Shown here: positions 49,514 to 57,241 of the stretch, piece by piece
Numbering within the stretch: the stretch's first letter is position 1
Layout of the letters: every line of letters begins with the position of its first letter
IMG/VR virus record: IMGVR_UViG_3300020470_006081
Coordinates: 1,355-65,354 of that record
Length of the DNA stretch: 64,000 nt
Reading direction: 5' to 3' (one strand)
Source of the DNA: a virus
Taxonomy: Duplodnaviria; Caudoviricetes
Translations under genes and position numbers: made by a program
Notes under the pieces: model-generated
Databases searched by the model: none
Told to the model about the DNA's origin: nothing
The model's input: only the letters and a program-made list of their open reading frames with translations

Positions 49514-50782
49514 CTAAGAATTAGAAAATGGAGTAGGATCCCAAATTGGATAAGCTGTTGTGTCTCCAGAAATAGCAGCAAAAGTTGCGTGATTGCCATT
49601 TCCGGAATGATCTGTAACAGTAGTTCCGGTGCCTTCATTAAATTTCCAATACCCTACAAGACCACTTTGGTTTCTAAGATCAAATTTTCTTCGTGTTCGT
49701 GGTCTGTTTGGGCCATTAGTATCATACACAGTTTTAACCCAGTCAGCATCTTTTGCTGTATTAAAAATAGCTACTTCACTAAGAGCACAAGCCCAGCCAT
49801 TGTTGTAGCTATCGACATTATTCCTTGCCCCAAAATACATACCACCAGTCGAGCCGCCTGTAGCATCCCAATTGAAAGTGTTTGTGTGACGAAGCACACC
49901 GTTTACATATATCTTACGATCCGCACCAGAAGATGTATCTGAACGGTCGTCATACGTTACTGCTATATGATACCAAGTGCCATCTGTTTTTAGATTCCAG
50001 TATTCACCTTCCTGAACTAACAATGATTCTTCCACCGGGGTGTCCATGTTAACCCACGCTGTTGTTGTTTTATTTTTACCAATACCGAAGTATGATTGAC
50101 GTTTTCTAAGTATGCCAAACACAAATCGTTGATTATTGTTATGTCTTCTACCAAATGCAAACATACTATTTCCTACTTCATCCGGCCTAAGCCAATAAGA
50201 AACAGTAAATCCTAAATTAAGATTATAATCATCAGGATTAAAGTCAGTTGTTGCATAGCTCCGCGACGCGTCACCGGTATTTCCGCTAAATACTAAGACA
50301 TCACTTGGAGTTCTTCCCCTCTCACGCGTACCGTGGCGTCGTTTTGCCATTAGGTTGTCGTGTTTGAACATTTCCATCGCGCGATCATAATCTAATTCAG
50401 CTAATCTTTGGTTGAGAGGATCAGATAACCAGGCATCCCAATCTAGATTTTGAATAGAAGGCTCGCGATTTTGGATTATAATCCTTATTTCTTCAAGCTT
50501 ATTGTTTTCTTGTTTTCGACGATCTAGCTGGCCTAATAAAGTATCAAGCTGTTCGTTCCATTTATCTTCAGCTAATTTTTCTTTTGCTTGAATATACTTT
50601 TGACGAAGACGTTCAGCTTCCTTTTGTTCTTGAAGAAGTCTTTTGCGTGTTGCAATCTCTTTTTTTTTACGAGCTTCGGCTTCCATTAAAGCAACTCGCT
50701 CTGCTTCTTTTTTAGCTTCTAGTTCAGCTTCGCGTTGCCATTTCTTTTGCCATTGTTTTTGCCGTCGCTTAATATATTCCAA
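49514..50782 (-). CDS. coiled-coil + LamG/concanavalin-like domain protein
   Basis: FTVSYWLRP, WYHIAVTYD, IYVNG, LSEVAIFN, LVGYWKFNEGTG; TTG start with GGAG SD. Confidence 0.82.
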   Translation of the reverse strand: MEYIKRRQKQWQKKWQREAELEAKKEAERVALMEAEARKKKEIATRKRLLQEQKEAERLRQKYIQAKEKLAEDKWNEQLDTLLGQLDRRKQENNKLEEIRIIIQNREPSIQNLDWDAWLSDPLNQRLAELDYDRAMEMFKHDNLMAKRRHGTRERGRTPSDVLVFSGNTGDASRSYATTDFNPDDYNLNLGFTVSYWLRPDEVGNSMFAFGRRHNNNQRFVFGILRKRQSYFGIGKNKTTTAWVNMDTPVEESLLVQEGEYWNLKTDGTWYHIAVTYDDRSDTSSGADRKIYVNGVLRHTNTFNWDATGGSTGGMYFGARNNVDSYNNGWACALSEVAIFNTAKDADWVKTVYDTNGPNRPRTRRKFDLRNQSGLVGYWKFNEGTGTTVTDHSGNGNHATFAAISGDTTAYPIWDPTPFSNS

Positions 50783-50806
50783 AGTTTACTCCGTATATTT
50801 TCTTGC

Positions 50807-50908
50807 TTAGCAAGCTCCGGAACAACAAGCACATGTACAACATCCACAACAACAGCAGCAATGACTGCCATTAAATAGATTTGCTAATTTTTGTAATAAT
50901 AATTTCAT
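50807..50908 (-). CDS. 33-aa cysteine-rich peptide MKLLLQKLANLFNGSHCCCCCGCCTCACCSGAC
   Basis: Manual translation; GGAG SD 8 nt before ATG; fills the intergenic gap; 11 Cys in the last 17 residues. Confidence 0.72.
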   Translation of the reverse strand: MKLLLQKLANLFNGSHCCCCCGCCTCACCSGAC

Positions 50909-50935
50909 AATTTTATCTCCCAGATTTATTTTGTA

Positions 50936-51562
50936 TTAAGATCCTTTTACCCATTTCTCATTATCTTTATCTTTTGTGTCTTTTGCGCTCCATTTTACTT
51001 TGTCAGCCCAATATGCTGCTGACATTTTTCCCTTTGCAATATTTTTTGCATGCCGACTTTTAAATGCTTTGCGCTGACCGGCTGTTTGATTAGTCTTAAC
51101 ACCTTGCTGGCCAAATCTAATTATTTTTTCTTCTCCACCTTCACAAGCTTTTACAATATGGGATTTTGTAGGATGACTTGGTGTTCTTTTGGGCTTGTTG
51201 CAGGGCATATTTTTTTTATCAATTTCTTCTTGTAAGTTAATTTGATTATCAGGCCGATCAGCAAATTTACGATCTGCGATTGTTTCGTAATCATCATCAT
51301 ACCAATCACTTCCTTGCCTATCTTTGCCTCTCATATAATTCATTACAGAAGAAAGATAATCTAAAGATTTAGTTATTTTTGATTCAACCCATTCTTCAAG
51401 ATTTTCCGAATCATCAAATTCTTGAGATATCATACCGGCCAACTCAGAAATTCTTTTAAGCTGCCCCTGCGCCATACTACCTTCGCCGCCATGTGCTTCA
51501 TTAACAACATCAGCTAGTTCTTCTTTAATAAGTTGTTTTAATTGCGACTTAGTAATTTTCAT
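50936..51562 (-). CDS. putative head-internal protein, class A leader, two modules
   Basis: MKITKSQLKQLIKEEL; LEEWVESKITKSLDYL module; RFGQQG...RKAFKSRH...SAAYWA module. Confidence 0.7.
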   Translation of the reverse strand: MKITKSQLKQLIKEELADVVNEAHGGEGSMAQGQLKRISELAGMISQEFDDSENLEEWVESKITKSLDYLSSVMNYMRGKDRQGSDWYDDDYETIADRKFADRPDNQINLQEEIDKKNMPCNKPKRTPSHPTKSHIVKACEGGEEKIIRFGQQGVKTNQTAGQRKAFKSRHAKNIAKGKMSAAYWADKVKWSAKDTKDKDNEKWVKGS

Positions 51563-52401
51563 TTTTTCATATACTTTTTAATTAATGCGGCTTCTTCTTT
51601 TTCAAATTTCTTAACATATTCTTCAAAAGTCTTTCTCATATTATCAGTACTAGCATTTCTTGCGCTGCGGGCAGCCTGCTCTCTTTTTCTTCTTACAGCT
51701 TCAATTTCTTTTTTAGCTTCAGGAGAAACCACTGCTGATGCTGGTCCACCGCCAACTCGCTCTACACCAGATTTGCCAAAAACTTCTCCTCTTTTCTCAA
51801 GGTCTTTTTTGGTTTGTAAAGCTTTCTTAATTAATTGTTGTATATTAGCAACTTGTTTTTTATCGCCTTTTTTCTTAGCTTTCTCCAAACTTACTCTTAA
51901 GTTTCGCAATGAGGCTTCATTAGCTTCAACATCAGCTGTCTCTGCAGCGCCTTTAGCTCCTGCCTTAGAACCTAAAATATCCATACTATGAATAGAAGTG
52001 CCTTTATCAACTCTTTGCTGGATTGCATTTTTTCTTCTAAGCTTGTCTTCAGGACTAAGATTTTTACTTGAGCCCATTGCTTTTGCTAAGCGAGATTTTT
52101 TTAATGATCTTAACTTTCTATAAGCTTTAGAAAATTCTTTTCTTGCTCGGCCGGCCGGAGAATCATCTTTTGGCATCTTATAAATGCTAGCATATTGACC
52201 ACCAGATTTTTTAAGAAAAGGCCTTAGCTTCGTACGCGCTCTTGCAAAATCTCTTCTAGCAGCTTTCACAGTCTTTTGATATTTGATTTGAATAGGATCT
52301 AATTCTATGGGGTTTTCAAAAGATCCTTTTTCTTGTTCAGAAAGAACTGCTTGTAGCTCTTCTTTGATTATCTGCTTAAGCTGTGTTTTCGAAAGTTTCA
52401 T
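51559..52401 (-). CDS. putative head-internal basic protein, class A leader
   Basis: MKLSKTQLKQIIKEELQAVLSE; K/R-rich. Confidence 0.65.
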   Translation of the reverse strand: MKLSKTQLKQIIKEELQAVLSEQEKGSFENPIELDPIQIKYQKTVKAARRDFARARTKLRPFLKKSGGQYASIYKMPKDDSPAGRARKEFSKAYRKLRSLKKSRLAKAMGSSKNLSPEDKLRRKNAIQQRVDKGTSIHSMDILGSKAGAKGAAETADVEANEASLRNLRVSLEKAKKKGDKKQVANIQQLIKKALQTKKDLEKRGEVFGKSGVERVGGGPASAVVSPEAKKEIEAVRRKREQAARSARNASTDNMRKTFEEYVKKFEKEEAALIKKYMKK

Positions 52402-52404
52402 ACA

Positions 52405-53157
52405 TTAGTCCCTAAAGATTGTGCTAATTGGAGCAACGTCCATACCTAGCATGCATGCTTTTACAACAGCAGCTGCTTTGTTCTCACCATCGTCACGCAG
52501 CCAGTCAATAAGGTCACCAGATTCTGTATCTTTCTTACGTTCCAAAACTTTATTGTAAGCTTTGTAAAGCGCTTTCATACATACACAATCTTGGTTCTTT
52601 TGAAGAATTCTATAAATTGCTTCTTCATCTGTACCCAAACCTTTCATAGCATCATATAGTTCAAATGCGTCGTACATCACATCTTCATTCTCGCAGACTC
52701 CCTCCATATCTTCCTCGGGGCAAGGAATAGGATTCAAATCTGCGTCAAAGCAATCACCCACTTCTGCCTCTTCAGGCTCTGGCCCAGGTCCAGGTCCTGG
52801 ACCAGGCTTGGGTTTAGGTTTGGGCTTGGGTTTACCTGGTTTAACAGTAAAGCCTTTGTTTGGATCTACAATTTTTGCTTTTCTGCCTCCAGCTCTTTGC
52901 TGCATGCCTGCAGCCCTAGCCATTGCCGCTTTTTTAATTGCCTCTTTGTTTCTTCCCTGGGCGGTAAATTCTTCTTCTTCCGCGCCGCCCAAATTATATC
53001 CCAATGAACTAACCTTTGTAGGATCTACAATTTTTGCTTTGTCACTAAGTTGGCCCGTTGGGTCCCACCATGGATCATCATCAAAAATCTGTTCGTTTAG
53101 AACATTTTCAATTTCTTCTTTAATAATTTGCCTAAGTTTTGATTTAGTAACTTTCAT
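52405..53157 (-). CDS. annexin-repeat protein with class A leader
   Basis: MKVTKSKLRQIIKEEI; (PK)n(PG)n linker; DAFELYDAMKGLGTDEEAIYRIL...AYN...GDLIDWLRDD. Confidence 0.78.
   Translation of the reverse strand: MKVTKSKLRQIIKEEIENVLNEQIFDDDPWWDPTGQLSDKAKIVDPTKVSSLGYNLGGAEEEEFTAQGRNKEAIKKAAMARAAGMQQRAGGRKAKIVDPNKGFTVKPGKPKPKPKPKPGPGPGPGPEPEEAEVGDCFDADLNPIPCPEEDMEGVCENEDVMYDAFELYDAMKGLGTDEEAIYRILQKNQDCVCMKALYKAYNKVLERKKDTESGDLIDWLRDDGENKAAAVVKACMLGMDVAPISTIFRD
52862..53040. repeat. 20-bp exact intragenic repeat encoding KAKIVDP
   Basis: GGATCTACAATTTTTGCTTT at 52862-52881 and 53021-53040. Confidence 0.85.
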
Positions 53158-53232
53158 TTTTTTCCCCTATCAACTTTAAAAGTTGTTTTTCTCAATAAAT
53201 AGATTATAATGTTGTAAAATTCTCAAATTATA

Positions 53233-54267
53233 TTATCTTTGTGCTCTATAAGCAGCTATAATTTCTCTTGCAAGCTTATGACGTCTGTGGTTTGGATTAT
53301 TTGCTGCATCAACAACACGCTTAATAAAACCCTGATCTTTATTTCTAATTCTTTCTAAAGACCGATCAATTGCCGCTTGTCGAGTCATAGATTTTTTAGC
53401 TTTCTTAGGTTGCTCGCCAGTTTTAGCAGCTTGCGCACCAGGTACGTCTTCTCCCATACTAGACAAAGTAGCCTTCGCTAAAAGATGTTTTTTATGATTA
53501 GGATCTGCAGCAATTCTTTTTAAGTCTTTGCGTAGTTGTTGTTTTTGTCTATCAGAAAACTTATCACTATTTAAAGCACTTACAATTCTGTCAATTTGTG
53601 GCTTGTACTGTTGCTGCATATATCTATCTTTAAAAGCAGCTGCTCCAGTTTTTCCAGTTTTATAAGTTTTTCCAGTTTTTGGATCTGTACGATATTCCGG
53701 GTTGACAGGCTGACCTTCTGGTTGTGCTGGTTCATCAGTTACAGCCGCAACTTTTTTACCCGCTCGCCAATCACGGTAAGCAACACGAGCTGGGTCATTA
53801 TACGGAAGTTGTGACCAAGTTTTACCTTGAGCTTTTGCTTTGTCAGTCATTGCTTTCCATAATTTTCGACCCATTGACCTGCCACCCTGTCTTTTAGCTC
53901 CTCCGCCTTTGTTTTTTTTCTTTGTCGGTGCAGGACCTGGGACATAGGAGCCGCCTTCAGGAGGTAGAACAAACATTTTCCCTCCAACTTTTACTTTTGG
54001 ATGCTGTGCTCCCTTACTTTGCGCTTCCCACTCATCCCAATTTTTGTAAGATGGCACACCGCCTTTCTTTTTCTTTACAATTGTGCCAGGAGGTGTTTTT
54101 AATTTTGTTTTTTCTTTTTCGGCCGGCTTCTCTTCCTCGGGCTCGGGCTCGGGAGTTTGTGTTCCAGTCTGCGTCGCCGTCATCGTTCTTAAAGCGGCTT
54201 CGGTCCCCTGCTCATTTAAAAACAACTTGTAATCTTTTGAGAATTTTTCTTCTTTTAGAGTTTTCAT
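53233..54267 (-). CDS. putative head-internal basic protein, class B-like leader
   Basis: MKTLKEEKFSKDYKLFLNE; WSQLPY module; two PNH(K/R)(K/R)HxLA repeats. Confidence 0.65.
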   Translation of the reverse strand: MKTLKEEKFSKDYKLFLNEQGTEAALRTMTATQTGTQTPEPEPEEEKPAEKEKTKLKTPPGTIVKKKKGGVPSYKNWDEWEAQSKGAQHPKVKVGGKMFVLPPEGGSYVPGPAPTKKKNKGGGAKRQGGRSMGRKLWKAMTDKAKAQGKTWSQLPYNDPARVAYRDWRAGKKVAAVTDEPAQPEGQPVNPEYRTDPKTGKTYKTGKTGAAAFKDRYMQQQYKPQIDRIVSALNSDKFSDRQKQQLRKDLKRIAADPNHKKHLLAKATLSSMGEDVPGAQAAKTGEQPKKAKKSMTRQAAIDRSLERIRNKDQGFIKRVVDAANNPNHRRHKLAREIIAAYRAQR

Positions 54268-54292
54268 AAATTAATTTCCTTAAAAAATTTAA

Positions 54293-55990
54293 TTAAGAGC
54301 CGCCCATCATAGCGCGCTTGACCATCATTGCTGCTCGATCTTCACCATCGTCTCTTAACCAATCAATAAGATCGCCAGATTCTGTATCACGCTTCCGCTC
54401 TAATACCTTATTATAAGCATTATATAAATCTCTTATATTGTCAGAATTTTTTTGTAGTACAGAATAAACTACTTCTTCGTCAGTACCTAAGCCCTTAAGA
54501 GCTTCATACATCTGAAAAGCGTCTTGAATGACTTCTTGATTGACTTGAGCTTTCGCTGGCTGATCACCACCAAATAAATCTGAGTAATCTTCTTCCTCTG
54601 GTGCTTCGGCACCGCCTTGCTCACTTGGCACTGGCTTACATTGGTACCATGCTCTATAATCAACACGAGCAGGATGCGTATATGGAAGTTGTGTCCAACT
54701 CCCAACTCCTGCTGCTTGAGCGGCCCTCTCCATTGCGCCTTGATATTTACTAGCTAGAGACATATCACGATTTTTGCAACCAGGAGGATATTTTACTTGT
54801 GCTTGTCGAACAATTTCTTTTTTCTGTTCTGGAGGCAAAGCCGCTGCTTTGTCTGCAACACTTTCTGGATCTTCATCATCATCAGCTAACAAATCGTAAG
54901 CTAGCATACCAACACTTAAGGCAATACCCACAGGACCAAGAAAACCAAGAAGCCTCGATCCTACTGTTCGAACAGCCGTCGCTCCTGCAGTCCTTGCCGC
55001 ATTTAAACCAAGAGTTCTACCGGCATGCTGCGCGCGTAAAGCAACGTTACTAGCAACTCGACCGGGAGTTGCAGCTGCAGCAGGTGCTCCAGGAACAACA
55101 GCCGGCGGCCTAAGTTTAGCTGCTCTATTAACATTTTTTACCCATGTATTGCGATTAGTGGTGTGTCTTAATTTTCCTGCGCTATCAACATACTGAATAT
55201 GCGGCGCGCCACGATACTGAACAATCTTTCCTCGATATCTTCTTCCATCAATCGTTGTACTAACACTCTGTTGTCCTGGCCTTATTCCGCCTCCTGCTCT
55301 AGCAACTTGGCCTCCTGTAGTGGCTAATTGACCTCCTGCAGGCGCTGGTAAGTTTGCACCACCAGCAGTTGGCACAAGCCCACCACCAGTTGTTGCAACA
55401 CCCCCAGGTATTCTTGCTGGTGTCATCGCTGCTCTTTGTGCCGCGGCCTGTTGTGCTTGTGTTGTATACTGTGCTCCAGCACCTCGCATTGCTCTACCTT
55501 GAGCACTCATACGTTCTGGATTGACCCCAGCTGGCGGGGTAGTCTGAAATCTAGCTGGGTTTGTCTGCGGCCGCGCCCCGGCTGGAGCAGGTCGAGGCGA
55601 CGCCATAGCTTGGCTGATTGCCCTACCTGCAGGCGCCTGTCTATTATAAGCTGCGAGCGCTTCTGGGTTGCCTGCTAATAATCTACTTACTGCGCGATCA
55701 ACAGCTTGTTTTTGTGAGGGATCTCTAGCTGCTCTGTCCATAAGTGTGTTCAATACTTGAACTGTGGTTTGTAAATCGCGAGGCCGTCCTTGAAGCACCT
55801 GTTCGTCTAATTGTAGTTGCTGTACAGTTTCTCTAATTATATTTAATATTTCTGGTTCATTATCATAAACATGGTTATAGTTCTCTTTTAAAAGACTTTT
55901 TATTATTTTGTTTTCTTGAATTGTTTTTTTGTACTCTTCCTGCACAAGTTTTTTCAATATTTTTTTATAATTGGATTTTTTAGTTGTCAT
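54293..55990 (-). CDS. annexin-repeat protein with Ala/Gly/Pro-rich region and a hydrophobic helix
   Basis: Leader-like N-terminus; LLGFLGPVGIALSVGMLAYDLL; DAFQMYEALKGLGTDEEVVYSVL. Confidence 0.75.
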   Translation of the reverse strand: MTTKKSNYKKILKKLVQEEYKKTIQENKIIKSLLKENYNHVYDNEPEILNIIRETVQQLQLDEQVLQGRPRDLQTTVQVLNTLMDRAARDPSQKQAVDRAVSRLLAGNPEALAAYNRQAPAGRAISQAMASPRPAPAGARPQTNPARFQTTPPAGVNPERMSAQGRAMRGAGAQYTTQAQQAAAQRAAMTPARIPGGVATTGGGLVPTAGGANLPAPAGGQLATTGGQVARAGGGIRPGQQSVSTTIDGRRYRGKIVQYRGAPHIQYVDSAGKLRHTTNRNTWVKNVNRAAKLRPPAVVPGAPAAAATPGRVASNVALRAQHAGRTLGLNAARTAGATAVRTVGSRLLGFLGPVGIALSVGMLAYDLLADDDEDPESVADKAAALPPEQKKEIVRQAQVKYPPGCKNRDMSLASKYQGAMERAAQAAGVGSWTQLPYTHPARVDYRAWYQCKPVPSEQGGAEAPEEEDYSDLFGGDQPAKAQVNQEVIQDAFQMYEALKGLGTDEEVVYSVLQKNSDNIRDLYNAYNKVLERKRDTESGDLIDWLRDDGEDRAAMMVKRAMMGGS

Positions 55991-56354
55991 GTGTATGAAC
56001 CTCGCTAAAATAATTAGTTGTATTATATTTCTTTAGTAATTTTTTAAAAGTATTGATATCAATACCTAAAAAAGAAGCAGCTTCTCTTTTTGTTCTAGCG
56101 GCAGAATACGCATATTTTATTATACCGTCTTTTACAATATCTTGAATAGAGTGCCAAATGTTTGCACCATATAATTTATAGTTAACTGTTTTCGCAGCTA
56201 ACTCAAGACGAAGACCAATAATTTCTTCTAAAGTTAAACTAGATAGCATAATTTCAAAACGCTCATTTACTTTACCTTCAGATTTAAGCTTGTTGGCAAT
56301 ACTATAGAAATCTTGATTTTGTTTTTTAAATCGGCTACGTTTACCTTCCCACAT
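55980..56354 (-). CDS. Fis-like HTH protein
   Basis: TKREAASFLGIDINTFKKLLKKY. Confidence 0.65.
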   Translation of the reverse strand: MWEGKRSRFKKQNQDFYSIANKLKSEGKVNERFEIMLSSLTLEEIIGLRLELAAKTVNYKLYGANIWHSIQDIVKDGIIKYAYSAARTKREAASFLGIDINTFKKLLKKYNTTNYFSEVHTHDN

Positions 56355-57241
56355 TATATTTCACCTAGTTGTGGTATACCCTCTTCTTGCTCTTCTTCAG
56401 GCTCCATTCCAAGATCTTCAAAATCCTCCTCAGGAGATCTGCCACCAGGAGTTTCAAATTCTTGTGCAGAAGCTGAAACTTTTGCACCTGAGGGCTTATC
56501 AACCATTGGCTCTGAAAATGCTGGCTCTTGTGCTTTTGTATCAGCTAGTTCTTTTTCATATGTTAAAAGCCACAGATCTATGTTATAGAGACCAAATTCT
56601 CTAAATTCTTGCTTGTCCGCATCATCAAAAAGAGTTTTTCTTTTATCAGCCAAGGTAGTTTCTATATTTGATTTGTTAATTGTTTCAAAAGCTACTCTCG
56701 CGCCAGTTGGATTTCTTCCAGGCTTGGCAAAGCTTTGAAATTCGTTTTCAAACTCTTGTTCAGGATCTATTTTATCTTCTTTAAATCGATCGTCTTCCTT
56801 ACCGTCTGAAGGCATAATTCTATCTGGATCATCAACTTTGACATTGACACCTTCAACATCAGTTTCTTGCTCCATTAGGCCGCTCTCACCTAAAGCACCA
56901 GCTGGGCCTACAGCACCGGAATCTAAAGCCTCGAAGCCATCAAAAATTGATTTAAACTTTTCTACTACATGTTCTCTGTAGGACTCTCTTTCTTCAGGTT
57001 TTGACAATTTTCTTAAGCCCGATTTTATAATCGGCAAAATTTCGTTGAAAGCATCAGCCAACATATTAATCGGAGTCGACTCATATGGTGCTGGTTTTGT
57101 ATCAGAATCTACATCGCCCTCGACAATAAGATTTCTTATAACACTTCTTAATTGATTTTCCTCAAACATTTGCTTTTTATTTTTTAATTGAAGCACTTCG
57201 CGAATCAATAGTCTAAGCTTTTTTTCTTCTGATTTATTCAT
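56354..57241 (-). CDS. acidic hypothetical protein with leader-like N-terminus
   Basis: EEKKLRLLIREVL...ENQLRSVIRNLIVE. Confidence 0.6.
   Translation of the reverse strand: MNKSEEKKLRLLIREVLQLKNKKQMFEENQLRSVIRNLIVEGDVDSDTKPAPYESTPINMLADAFNEILPIIKSGLRKLSKPEERESYREHVVEKFKSIFDGFEALDSGAVGPAGALGESGLMEQETDVEGVNVKVDDPDRIMPSDGKEDDRFKEDKIDPEQEFENEFQSFAKPGRNPTGARVAFETINKSNIETTLADKRKTLFDDADKQEFREFGLYNIDLWLLTYEKELADTKAQEPAFSEPMVDKPSGAKVSASAQEFETPGGRSPEEDFEDLGMEPEEEQEEGIPQLGEI

Noticed and set aside
50719-50871. Alternative Val-rich ORF (MAVIAAVVVDVVHVLVVPELAK...) overlapping the Cys peptide
   Set aside because: No SD and it overlaps the next gene by about 60 nt; the Cys frame has an SD and fits the gap. 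Not fully excluded, because a TCTATTTA word lies at its start.
50807-50908. Complete streptolysin-S-like RiPP cluster
   Set aside because: No cyclodehydratase, dehydrogenase, CAAX protease or exporter in the window.
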